Source: the human T2T-CHM13v2.0 reference genome, Homo sapiens
Direction: 5' to 3' (one strand)
Assembly: GCF_009914755.1 (NCBI RefSeq)
Contig: NC_060934.1
Length of the DNA stretch: 64,000 nt
Each line of letters opens with the position of its first letter. Position 1 is the first letter of the stretch. Of the stretch, positions 13,901-29,033 are shown in pieces. Under the pieces are notes generated by a model that searched no databases, was not told where the DNA came from, and was given only the letters and a program-made list of their open reading frames with translations. Made by a program: the position numbers and the translations under genes.

Positions 13901-14120
13901 CAGTCTACATGCATTACAATAGTGCCTCTATGGCCAAAATACATCAAAGCATCAATTACTCACAGAAACATAAAACGAATAATAGAACAGGCATCAAGGC
14001 CTTCTGTAATTGTTAGTGCTTTGTTATGTATAAATATATTACCATAGAGAATTCCTTTAATTCAGAGCATTACACTTTAAAACAGCATCACTTCTCATGT
14101 AAATCTAAAATAAAATTATA

Positions 14121-14521
<401 letters not shown>

Positions 14522-15336
14522 TTACTGCTTGCATAAATTTTTTAGGCTGCAAAATACTACAAAACTGTCCACTGTGACTGGATACTGAACTCTGAAACCA
14601 ATACAACACAGAAGAGACTAGAAACAAAATTCAAAACTATTTATCCCTGCCTGCCCTTTGGGGCTTCTAGAGTCAAATCTGCCAGCAACACATCTTAGTG
14701 CCTAAGACTGCAGCCCAGGGGAGACATCTGCCCTGCAGCTGAAAACTGATAAAACATAGAGAGGGACCCAAAGGACACAAAGTCTTTACCCAGCTCAGTG
14801 GGACTTTTCTAAGCTTAATATTTTAAAACTGCTTCATACAAGCAGCAGCTAAATCCCAAGGGCCAGCCCCACGCTCCGACAGTTCTCTGAAATGCTATGA
14901 CATTAAGTGCAGGCTTATTCTCTGGTGCCACAGCATGGCTGGTGCCGGCTGACATGGCCCAGGGCAGCTGCAGGAGGGATTTGTGCTCAAGGTTTCAGGC
15001 ATGTTAAACCCTTCAACCACTGCCAGTGCACAGGAAATCCCAAAATTCTTAACTGGTGGCTTATTTCAAGAACTAATCTAGGGAATAAGGACAAAAGATG
15101 TACCTTGACAGTCTCACTCTCATTTCTCAGGGTCATCACTTACGGGGTATAACAACTATGAAAAGCCTTTATGTTTGGCCACATCTTAGTGACTGATGGA
15201 GATCAGACCTTAATTTAGCACACACAGGTCTGCTAGGACAAGAGCATTCTCAGTGACAAAAACAGTGGAATTCAATTTCTCATACAGTTTATGAGTTGTA
15301 AGGAATCTAATTGCTGAATAGAGGTAAAACTACATG

Positions 15337-16034
<698 letters not shown>

Positions 16035-17163
16035 TAAATTTACTTGTAACCCTGGATTATTTACCAAATTTTCCAAAACAGGTATCTCTTACCATCTGAC
16101 CAGCAGACAGTATGGCTTAAAGAAAACAGCATGAAATAAACCAAGATACGCAGAATCTAGAAGTCGCTCTGCAGCTGCGGCTGGGAGCAACTAAGTATCT
16201 CTGCAGGTGCCTGTTCTCACTGGGATATTAAGAAACCAAGCGTTTTAAAAAGCAGACATGTGGACAAACGAAAGGTTATCAGCTGATGAGCAGATTTTTA
16301 GAGCAAATTATTAAAACGTGTTACTATATCTGACATGTTCTAATTCTTCCCCGTTTTATTTTTAGATACCATTTTACTACTAAGAGTAAAACTCCAAGCT
16401 AAAATCCAAAATGGAAAAGAAAATCTCTTTAACTGATTAGCTCTTGGGAGAATCACCAGGACAACACAGAACCGGGATAAGAGTATATGTTGTAGGAACT
16501 AGGCCAGAACCCCCAAAACATAGCGAGACGCAGGAACAGTCACAAAATAGCATTCTTCACAAAACAGGCAAGTTAGAAATAACTGAATATATGGTTATCA
16601 TATGTAACCACTCACAGTCAAATAAATTGTTTTACCTAAATAAAAACCATCAATAACTCCTCATTTTTGTTTTTGGATTAGTATAGATGAATGACTACAA
16701 TTAGCTAAGCATTTTTTTGTAATCGTGATTAAGTCCAGGTACATGAAAAACAAACTCAACTCCCTGATGAATAATTTAGAAAATAATATACTTTATTACT
16801 GAAATTTTGCCCTAAAGCTTTCTCTGCTGTCCAAATAATTTCCCAACTGCATTTCAAATTAAACTCCTAAGTTTTCACCTCTCTCCCCAGGGTGTTTTTC
16901 TGCATTACAACATATTTTAATATGTTTAAATGATAGCAATGCTATAAAGTGTTATTTCTCACTGCAAACAGATTAATATCACTTCATACCTCAGAGAGCA
17001 TAATAGTAATAAGGTAATAAAACAAAGCAGGATCATCACCACTAATAACCTGAGAGGGAAGTCCTGCTAAGACTTCATCTCTATCACGGAATATTCTTGG
17101 TCATTACTTAGATGGGAGCGTTTCCCACATCACATCTCTAATTCAGTAATTGCTTTTCGTGTG

Positions 17164-17387
17164 CGTGAGACAAGGTCTCGTTCTGTCGCCCAGGCTGGAG
17201 TGCAATAGCACAATCATAGCTCACTGCAGCCACCACTTCCCTGCCCCAAGTGATTCTCCTTAGTGATTCTACCTTAGCCTCCCAAGCAGCTGGGACCCAC
17301 AGGTATATGCCACCACCTTCAGCTACGATTTTTTATTATCATTATTTTTTTGCAGGCTGACAGGGTCTCCCTATATTGCCCAGGCTT
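17164..17387 (-). mobile_element. Partial Alu (J/FRAM-like)
   Basis: Antisense right arm plus part of left arm. Confidence 0.85.
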
Positions 17388-18919
17388 GCATGCACTTTTA
17401 TATAATTACTGTCTTCCTCCCCAAATTTCCATATACCTCTGATGGTCTCATAACATGTTTGACATCAGAACCATACAACTCCCACTTGGGTATTTATTTT
17501 TTGGAAGTGTGAACATATTTGCTTTTATTTCAGCAAAGAGCTTTATTAACTACTCATTCATTCTGACTGCTATAGTATGCTTTAAAGAAGGCTTTTTATA
17601 CCTGGAACTTCAGGATGTCTGTAGTTAACCAGAATCACGTTTTGAAGATCCATCCATTATTCATCCCTTCCTGTGAATAACCTCACAATGTTCATTATTT
17701 ATTATAAACAACAAGTCATAAGCTGGAGTCTAAGCCCATGAGGACAGGGGCTTTGTCTCCATTCACTACTGCATCCCAGCATCTGGAAGAGCACACCGCA
17801 CACAGTAGTATGTACTCACTGAAGGGAGGAGCGGATGAGTTAAACAGGGAAGGTCACTTCAAAGTGTCCGTTTTGCACGGGTTTCGCAAAGCCAGCAGTC
17901 CTACTGATAAGACTCCACAAATTTAAAGTTGTTCTGTATTCTAACACATAAATAGTACCAGGGCAGTAACAACGAAAACGTTAAGGACTTTTCAAGCCCA
18001 CAGAAAATACAAAAAATCTGTCACAGTTTATATTCCAAAAAGTTCTTTTTTTCTAGTTTTTCTCTTTTAAGCTTTGCTGGGCTTTAGACTGCACCTTTTC
18101 TCGATGCAGTCAATGCACCACACTTAACGTGTAGCTCTTTTTTTCCATTATCATAACTTAAATTGCACTTCTAATTATCTTTTAGCTAAAATGCAAGCAA
18201 ACATAAAGCTTCCCTTTCTATCTTCTCATCCATATTTGTAGTTGCTAAGGCCTATTTGAGAGAAATCGTAGGGTAGGTCAGTTTTTGCAAATATTCAACC
18301 AAGAAATGATAAATATATTTGGAAGCCTAGCTTTGTATTGTTTGAAGCTAGCAGCTGGAGTAGGGATATTTAAGTGCTGCTTCCTGGGCCCAAATTAAAA
18401 CCTCAGAGAATGGGATCAAAGAGGAGGGTGCAGTGAGACCCCTGACATTTCATTATTCTTCTCTGTACATGTAGATATGTGCCAATTCTAGACAGGAGTC
18501 CAACATACAAATAATATCTGAAGTACTCAGGAATCTGTTTATAAATAGAAATATCTACTTCATCCCGGGATCGCCATGCGGCCTGCACATGAGTCTGAGG
18601 ACTGCATTTGATTTATACAAACAGACTCAAACCTCGTCTTAAAATGCATATGTGAACCCCAGATGCAAACCTATAAAGCCCAGTTGAACTGCAGAGCAAC
18701 TGTAATAAATGCAATAATGTTAAGTCAGCTTCAAAGACATTCTTCAAAGAAACTCCAAAAACTTTCATGAATGTTTTATAGTTATTTTTAATATTGATGT
18801 ATTTCATCTTAAAACCAATGCCAAGAGCTGCCGTGAATGGCTCATCTTTTCATGCTGGTGTGCTGCTTGGAGTCTCTCAGAAGACCAAAAATTACTTCAC
18901 AATACTGCAAGATCTAAAC

Positions 18920-19242
18920 CAGTGGCCCCCAACTTTTTTTTGGCAACAAGGACCAGTTTCATGTAAGACAATTTTTCCACAAATGGGGGCTTGGGAGGAT
19001 GGTTTCAGGATGAAACCATCTGGCCTCCGCCTCAGATCATCAGGCATTAGTTAGATTCTCAAAAGGGGCGTGCAACCTAGATCCCTCACACACAGTTCCG
19101 CTAACACCGATGCTGACCTGACAGGCGGCGGAGCTCAGTCAGTAATGCTCCCTCCCCTGCTGCTCACCTCCTGCTGTGCAGCCTGGCTCCTAATGGGCCA
19201 TGGACCAGTACCACACAGTGGTCTGCGGGTTGGGGACCCCTG
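18920..19242 (+). mobile_element. MER1B-like hAT-Charlie MITE
   Basis: TIRs cagtggcccccaac...gttggggacccctg; 8-bp TSD atctaaac/atataaac. Confidence 0.88.
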
Positions 19243-19596
19243 ATATAAACAATACTACACAATGTGAAAATCTATGTCCTTGTATGTGACATTTTTAAGG
19301 AAGCCCAGCAATCTCAGAGGGCCAGTCACTTCACACATCCTAGATGAACCAGGAGTCCTGCTGTTCTCTGGGGAATGGCCAGGATAAACTCATTATGGTC
19401 ACTTACAAATGAATCCTCCAAACAAGGGACACCATCATCATCAGTTTTAAATATGGCTGTGGAGCTACGTCTGCTAAGCATTAAATGAACCAAGTTTGGG
19501 AGATTCCTGAACTTTGATGGATTTATAGCCCCAAAAGTCACAGCTGACAGATGACTGTACAAGTAGCCAGTAAAGGCCAGGCATGACATGAGCATA

Positions 19597-20903
19597 CAGA
19601 GACATGCATCGCTTAACAGGGGCACACTCATTCTGAGAGACGCATGGCTTGGGCACAGGACTCACACCTGTAATCTCAGCACTTCGGGAGCCAAGGAAGG
19701 AGGATTATTTGAGCTCAGGAGTTTGAGATCGGCCTGGGAAACACAGCAAGGCCTTATCTCCATAATTAATTAAGGTAAAACAGAAATGTGTGATTCAGGG
19801 ATTTCATAGTTGTGCCATCAGGCTAGAGTGCACTTACACAGACCTAGAGGGTAGAGCCTCCTACACACCTAGGCTACATGGCATAGCCTCTTGCTCCTAG
19901 GCTACAAACCTGTACAACGTGTTATTGTCTTGAATACTGTAGGCAACTGGAACACAATGGTAAGTATTTGTGCATCCAAACATAGACAAGGTACAGTCAA
20001 ACATATGGTATAAAGGGTGAATGATGGTATGCCCATGCAGGGCACTCACCATGAATGGAGCTTGCGGGACTGGAAGTTGCCCTGGGTGAGTGAGTGAGTG
20101 GTGAGTGAGTGTCGAGGCCAAAGGCATGAGTGTACACCACTGTAAACTTTAGAAACACTGCATGCTTAGGCTACACTACATTTTCTAAAGATTCTTTCTT
20201 CCACAATAAATTAAACTTAGATTACTGTAACTTTTTTACTTTATATACTTTTAATTTTTTCAACTTTTTGACTCATAATAACACTTGGCTTAAACACACA
20301 CACATTGGACAACTGTACAAAAATATTTCCTTTCTATCCTTATCCTATAAACTTTTTTCCATTTTTAAATTATGGTTTTTTACTTTGTAAACATTGTTGG
20401 GAAAAACTAAGACACACACACACACACATTAGCCTAGACCTACACAGGGTCAGGATCATCAACATCACTGTCTTCCACCAGCACCTCTGTCCCACTGGAA
20501 GGGCTTCAGAGGTGACAGCACACATGGAGCTGCCATCTTCTGGAAACCTCCTGAAGGCCCTGCCTGAAGCTGTTTTACAACGGGCTTTTTTTTAAAGAAG
20601 GATGACTCTCTAAAATAACAATAAAAAGTACAGTAAATACATAAGCCAGTAACAGAGTCAAAGATTGTCATGATCAAGCACCATGCACCGTGCACAACTG
20701 TATGTGCTAGACGTTTATACAACCACAGCACAGTAGGTTTCTTCACAGCAGCATCACCAAAGACACCTAAGGACTGCACTGCAGGTCGACACTACGACGT
20801 CACTAGACAATAGGAACTTCTCAGTTCCATTATAATCTGACGGGACCATTGTGGTTTATGTGGTCCATCACTGACTGAAATGCTTTTATGCTGCACGTGA
20901 CTG
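19597..20903 (+). mobile_element. Tigger3b-like TcMar-Tigger DNA transposon, interrupted by an Alu monomer
   Basis: TA-flanked ends; diagnostic acacacctaggctac...ctcctaggctacaaacctgtac; ~1.2 kb without the Alu. Confidence 0.85.
19646..19772 (+). mobile_element. Alu left monomer (FLAM-like) inside Tigger3
   Basis: ggcttgggcacaggactcacacctgtaatctcagcactt. Confidence 0.8.
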
Positions 20904-21154
20904 TATTTGTATTTGCATGTGAACTGCTAAGCCAAAGACAGCACATGCATCTTGTGGGGTGACGAATAGGGTGTGCAGTGAGACCTGTGTGCCTGGGCAG
21001 GGGGAGAACTCTAAAGATGAAGTGGACATTTTTTTTTAAGTTGCTTCAATGATTACAGAAAGCCAGACAAAAACTGAGTCTTGAGGATTGCTCTTAGAAA
21101 TTGTCTTCATAATCAATTCACACATGAAGGTACACATTGCCAGCACTTAGGTCA

Positions 21155-21547
<393 letters not shown>

Positions 21548-22569
21548 TCACACTTTGGATGCACTTCACTTCATGGTGGCGAAGGAATCACAGCCGCCCG
21601 CACAAGGCTGAGTGTGTGAGGAATTATGTGTTCCAGCTTCACTTTCACAAAATTACATGGTCCCAGCATCACTTTGACAAAAATTAGATTTTTGCTCCAA
21701 ATGGCAAAAATCAATTAGTCAAATACTTTCCATGTCTTCTTTTTGTTGTTCTAAGAATGACACACACGTCCTCTTAAGACTAGTCTTTCTCTCACATACT
21801 GAGCACTCACAACCCTTTGATACTCCCCACTAAAGGGCATGTCACAGGCTTTCTCTGTGCAGAGGAAGAAGCCTGCACATAAAGAAGAGAAAGTGGGAAA
21901 CGGATTTACACCAGGAATTGGTGAAGCCCCTTCCCTGCCCACCAGCCAGACGTGGGTGTCCCCTAGACAGAGACTACTGCTCTGGGCAGGAAGTGTGGAC
22001 AATGAAGCCAAGGACTGCATTTTCTACAGCCAACCGCAGTCCCTGAAGAGGGGCTTGCAGTGAAGACAAAAACCATAAGCACTGCTGACAGATCAACAAA
22101 GGCCAGGCCATGCTGGTTGTTTTTTTGTAAGCGACGTTAATACAGTATGCTGGTAAGAGACCCGAGCTTTGCAAAAACTGTATCATATTAGTTACTTAGA
22201 CCCATTTCATCATGGATAACAAGGAATTTTCTGTTTTTGGTAGAACAAAGTGGACAATTTGGCCACTTATCTTCTGCTCATGCTTTGGATTTCGACACAA
22301 TTATTTTTTCCTAAGAAAGCTGTAAGTGAAATTCCCTTATTCCAGTTGTACCATACAATCACCCTCCTGGCAAATTTTATACTTCAGAGTGCAGTCACTT
22401 CATTGCTTAATGACTGGCCCCTAAGAAGTTCCAAGAAGCAGGCACAGTATCTGTTCTTGCTTAACAAGCAATCCCCACTGTCAGTCGCAGCATCTGACCC
22501 ACACGGCCAGCATTTTTTCCTCCGGGTTCTCACTGAGCTCCCAAGCAAGCTGGCTGGAATTTGCTGTTG

Positions 22570-22687
22570 TTAGAGACAGGGTCTCACTATGCTTCCCGTG
22601 CTACATCTGAACTCCTGGGCTCAAGTGATTCTCCCACCTCAGCCTTCTAAGCAGCTGGGACAAGAAGCATACGCCACTGCACCAGGC
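22570..22687 (-). mobile_element. Alu monomer fragment
   Basis: agagacagggtctcactatg...ctcctgggctcaagtgat. Confidence 0.75.
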
Positions 22688-24122
22688 TCGCTGGCTGAAA
22701 TTCTGTAAACACTAGCCTCTCTTCGTGTGTGATTTTGGGACAGGTTAACTACTTTGCTGGTCCACTACCAGTCATCAAGAAGTATGTCAAGGAGCAAGGA
22801 CAGAGGCTATTGGCTGAGATGAAAAGAATAATGGCCCAAGAAGCTTTCACATATGGGTGTGATGGGGAGAGGGGTCTTACTTTCTTAGGCAAGTCACATT
22901 TCACTTTCTTCCCAAGCTAACCACCAGAACCCAGAAAACAGGGAATGCGTCTAGTTTGAGAAGTTTGCTGAAGGACCACTTAGATGGTGAAGCCAGCAGG
23001 GTAGAGATGTGATAGAAATACGACTCCAAGACAGTCAATATTCTTCAAGTAACAGACAATAGCATAGATACGGATGGATCGGCCTCACATAAAAACAATG
23101 CCCTTACTGAAATGCACGCTGTTTGGGGAATGGATCACATCTCACTCACACCTAACAAGGAAATGACTGCCCTCTCGCAGTGTGCTGAGGATTTCCCTAG
23201 AAGACTCCATGAGGAAAAGACAGGCATGCATATACATTCTAGAAAATGAAAATACGTTAGTGCAAGGCAGACTGCAACCATAACTAACCACCATGTGAAT
23301 TCTTTAGTTATAAGAAGGAGCTTACATATAAAGTTAACAGTGCGTAAGTGGGTTAGATTTTGGCTGTTATATAAAAATTTGCATTTCAAATAAACAATGA
23401 GTAGCTAAGGCAAATGGATGAGCCCGGAGGACATTTAAACGGAAGTGCTCATTTTAATGACAAACCTTAGAGCTCTAAAGGAAGGGAGGGGGCACAGACT
23501 CGCAAAAAACAACAACAACAACAAAAAAACACACATGCTTAAGAGAACAAAGTGTGTTATGTGTTAGCATGGATCACTTTCAAGGATGAGAAAGGTTTGG
23601 AGGGTCTTATATAAGTGATAGTAATCAGAAAAATGGTATTTTGGGCTGTTACAAGGACTGTATTCTTTAGGGGGGAAGCAAATTACGTTCGAACATTAAA
23701 AAAAGATAATATCTGAGAGTAGAACCCATTGAGGAAAACAGCCTGTTTCTGATACTAAAATGTGCAACATGTGATGTCCTTCTAGAGCCCCTGACTCACA
23801 TCATGCTCTCTTAGACAGCAAGGAAGAATCCCACTGGCTTCTTCCCTCACATCCAATAATACTCTTTCCTCAGTCCCTCAACAAAAACAGGTTCATCACG
23901 TTTAAGCACTTGAAAAGCCATACATCTTCACCTTTGCCCTTGTTTTGACAAACTTTCTCTTCTCTGAAGAAAAAAGAAAAAAATGCTCCCACAAGGAACA
24001 CAAAACCAGCATGTATAGCACGAGATACCACATGAACCATGATGATGAATCCAGGTTTGCAAGGTAAAGAGGAAAAGACTCAGACCAACATCACACTTTT
24101 ATATAAAAATGCATTTGAAACT

Positions 24123-24295
24123 GCCAGGTGTGGTGGTGCACCTGTGGTCCCAGCTACACAAGAGGCTGAGGCAGGAGGATCACTTGAGCCCAGGAGCTCA
24201 AGGATGCAGTGAGCTATGTTCGCACCTGTGAATAGCCACCGCACTCTAGCCTGGGCAACATAGCAAGACCTCGACTCCAAAAAAAAAAAAAAAAA
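24123..24295 (+). mobile_element. Alu monomer (FAM/FRAM-like)
   Basis: Single monomer with A tail. Confidence 0.85.
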
Positions 24296-24739
24296 TGTAT
24301 ATGAAGATGGGATTTCTGGCCTTGATCATTCCAGAAGACCCTGAGATAGCCTCAGCATGTCCACTGGCTTAGATTTTGCTCTTTTTGACTTAGATTACTT
24401 GGAGATGTGATTACAGGGCTGAAAGAGAAATGTTTGTGCCCATGTACACAGACATGCACACCAATTATGGTAAGATGCATGCTTATACGTTGCTTCACAT
24501 TAAGACAGAGGTGCATTAACAGAAAAACTCACACCTTGTCTTTATTAATTGCTTGAATATTAAACTGACAACCTTTATACAAACATGAATGTAATTGCAT
24601 GGTTCTAATGGGGACTAGGTGTAGATAAACACATTTGGTGCCAGTAAAACTGTAAAAAAAAAAAAAAAAGTTCAAAGAACTACTGTAAACATTATTCCAC
24701 TACTGGCTCCTGGGAAAGAATTTGCAAATACAAAAAAAT

Positions 24740-24960
24740 GGCAAGAATAATAGCTAACATGTATAAGGTGATATCATATAACAATGTTTTCACCATCACA
24801 ACATCCCATGCAATCGGTACAATTGTTATCATGATTTTACAGACGTGCTAAAAGGTTAAGTAACTTGCCCAAGGTCACACAGCCAATAAACAGCAGGGCT
24901 GAACTTCGAACTCAAGCCAACAGAATCCAAACTCTCTGCTCTAGAATCCAAGCTGCACTG
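24740..24960 (-). mobile_element. MIR
   Basis: Core aggttaagtaacttgcccaaggtcacacagc. Confidence 0.8.
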
Positions 24961-27607
24961 CCTGCCTTTCTATGGAAAAATATCTATAACTCTCTACAGA
25001 ATGGCACAAGTTCAACAGATGAAAAACAAAAATAGAGTTCCAGGTTCCACAAAAACTCCTGCATTGCTAAGTTATATCACATTGAACACAAAAACCAATC
25101 ACAATCTACTTCTTACTTCTCCATTTCCCACAACCCATTTGCCCTGCAATCACAAGATGCTCCAAGTTCACCTCTAATGTGGAGCTTTCAAGATCTTCCA
25201 TCCTACAGCTCCTCCCAAGTCACTCTCCCGCAGACACTCTGCCGTGATATGGACACACACTGCACCTTTCCACATCTATGCTTTCCTTAATTCCGATCAA
25301 TGTCCAAAACAATTTTGACCCCCACCTTTTCTGACATTGCCATCGCTCCGTGACTGCACACACCTGTTACCAGCTTTCCCCATCTACACTCCCGTTGCCT
25401 TACAGTAAGAACCATTAAATTAGCACTTAAAAATTACCTTATATTCTTGTTACGAAAACGGACGTGCCCAGGACAAATCCTTTTTCTGAGTCCAACATTT
25501 CCACCCACCATTTGCTGAGCACGTCAACAACTTTTACAGTAATAGTTGCAATTTGAACCTGTTAAGGAAACAGCTACTCCCTTTATCTAGTATCAAGTGA
25601 CTTTTATGTGCCTTAACACACTTGCTCTGCAATCCTACCTGTGTTATAGTTACAATTTGAAGACGAGGTTTGTTCAAAGGAAAAATAAACTTAACACCCT
25701 ATCAAATCATTACAAAGTGGAGTTCGAATTGTATGCAACATAAAGGTATATATGAGTTTCTCTTCTAAGGCCCCCATTTAGCTTTTTTCACAATGCACCT
25801 GTTTGTCTATAAATTGTTCTAGAATATTAGTTCACATTGATTTGTGTGTTTTATGTATAACACACAATAAGCACTGCCCTAGCCTGTGTTACTCCTGATC
25901 ATACATGACTGTGGGTGTGTGTGAGATGGAGAGAAGTTCATGACATCACAACCAACCCTGGAGAAAAGTGCAGAATGGGGAGGAGCATAAATTACCAGCA
26001 CACGATTCATACTCCAAAACTCCACTCTGATGTCTGGCTTTCAAGACCTTCCATTTTATGGCTCTTCCCAAGCTATTCTCTACCAACCCCGCAGAAGAGG
26101 GCAGAATGCAGAGGAGAGTAAATAAGGGGATGAGAACGCTGACGAATATAGCCATTGTCCCTTCCTCAAGAGCAGTAATAAAGTTACCTTACAAGCTGTT
26201 TAACCAAGAGCCTGGAGGATGACAATACAAAGAGTAGACACAAGGGGGAGCCAATGGGTCCATCTTAAAAGTAACTGGAGACCAGGAAATTGGGCTTTTA
26301 AGAACTTTAAATTCCACAAACAAGCCACAAAATGGGAATGAATGAAGTCTAAGAGTAACAACAGATGCCATGAAGGAAAGCAGCAAAGAGCAGGAGACAC
26401 TGAGATTTCTGATTTTTAAATTCAGTTCTGAACTGAATTAAAAAACCAAAAGAATTTTTTTAATCGTGTTCTTCAACGTGAACTCAAAAACAAACAACAT
26501 TTGAAAAGGATGACTTGGGAATGGCTCACTCACATACTAGCAAAATGTCAAAATTTTTTATGGTATACAAATTTGATGTTGAAGAAAAAAGTAAAGAGTA
26601 ATTTTTAAAATTCCCTGCCTTTGTTAAACTTACTTAACACCACTGCCCCCCATAAACCACAAAAATTGTAATGTTAATGGGCTTCTCTTAGCTTCTCCTA
26701 TATTGTATTCTACTTTTAACCTTCAAGATAAAAAAAAACCTATCTGAAATGCATGTCAGTTCCACATAAACTGACCTTAATTCCAGGAAGTGTTCTATGA
26801 TAAATATATTGTCAGTAAAGGTTTTAAATATTGCTACTAAAGATGTAATTATAGATGCTCAAGTTTTCGTACTATTGAAGTACATTAATTAAAACTTGGC
26901 ACAGTTGAAATCAGAGAACATATGAAAGGAGAGTGACGTGCATTTCATATCGAGGGTAGCATAATTATTACTTTTGATAAAGATGTTCGGAAGAAGGCGA
27001 GAGTGCTGTGCCTGTAATAACCTTAATCATCATTCAATACAAAAGAACCAATCCATCAAAATCCAAAAGGATTTGCTTATTGTTATGCTTTTAGAAAGCT
27101 CATCAGGTATTTCCAAAAGCTTCCTAATGACAATAATTAAACATCTGGTAATGGTGACCTACTTGTGGCTGCTGAACTTCCTTGGATAGTCTTTTCCATT
27201 AATTATGTACATGCTGGGAACTGAGAGAGAATTTACATTATGAATAATAACTCAGGGCCGCAGGAGAAGTCAGAAACCGACAGGGGCAACTCCCTGCTGT
27301 CCTCACTGCTATCTGTATTAAGGCCTTGTTAGCGCTCTTGTATTTGGGAACAGATGCTACATAAAAATTGCAAAAGCATCAAGCTAAGGCATGCATGCAT
27401 CTTGATGTAAACATGTTGTGAGGAAACAGCCTTCTAATAAACATTCAACACTGTGCCTAAGGGAGAGAAGAGACAAGCTGTCACATTTTCTACTTTTTAC
27501 TCTGTGTAGAATTACGATCTGATGCAAACTTTGACCCTAAACTTATCAAATAAGGCCCAGGTCTGTTCTAGCCTTGGCAATTGCATAAATAAGAAAAGCC
27601 AGATCAC

Positions 27608-27726
27608 AGCTGGGCACGATGGCTCATGTCCGTAATTCCAGCACCTCTGGGAGGGCTGATTGAGGCCATAAGTTTGAGATCAGCCTGGGCAACAGAGGAG
27701 ATCCCACCTCTACCAAAAAAAAAAAA
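27608..27726 (+). mobile_element. Alu left monomer (FLAM-like)
   Basis: Monomer with A tail. Confidence 0.8.
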
Positions 27727-27866
27727 GTCAGAAAAGCCAGATCGAGAACATGCACACTTTCAAACATTTCATAGTTCCTTAAATTTCAGGGTGAAATGGG
27801 AGAGAAAGGTAGGAACTGAGACAATGATGTTTGTATTGGCCTGAAATTCATCTGGTGATGAAATAA

Positions 27867-28321
<455 letters not shown>

Positions 28322-28347
28322 ACTTCTCAGCTTTTTAAGAGATCAAC

Positions 28348-28663
<316 letters not shown>

Positions 28664-29000
28664 TTATTCAAATGTTTTTTTAAAAATGTGTTTTATACCT
28701 TTTGGTAAAGATGTAAAAATAAGTACTAGTACTAATAACTAGATACTATTTTAAATTACAATATTCCTTAGAATAAATTCAATTTGCTGAATTCTGAATA
28801 TCATTTAATAAATGCCAAAAATAAGGTCAGGATCGAGTAAGGAAAACAAATCACAAAACAAATCCTTAATATAAGGAAGAGGGTAAACAGGTAACTGCAG
28901 CACACCTACCACCCGCGGAACTGAGGAAATTCGGTTATGAGAACCTGAAGCTTGAAGGCGGCACCAGGGGCAGACGGTACCCACCCTCCGAGGAGAAGAT

Positions 29001-29033
29001 GCTGGGGGCTGGGGCTGAGGCTGAGGCTGAGGC
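29001..29033 (+). repeat. (GGCTGR)n short tandem repeat
   Basis: gctgggggctggggctgaggctgaggctgaggc. Confidence 0.8.

Noticed and set aside
28722-28733. 12-bp perfect palindrome AGTACTAGTACT
   Set aside because: About the length expected by chance in 64 kb of AT-rich DNA; no supporting context
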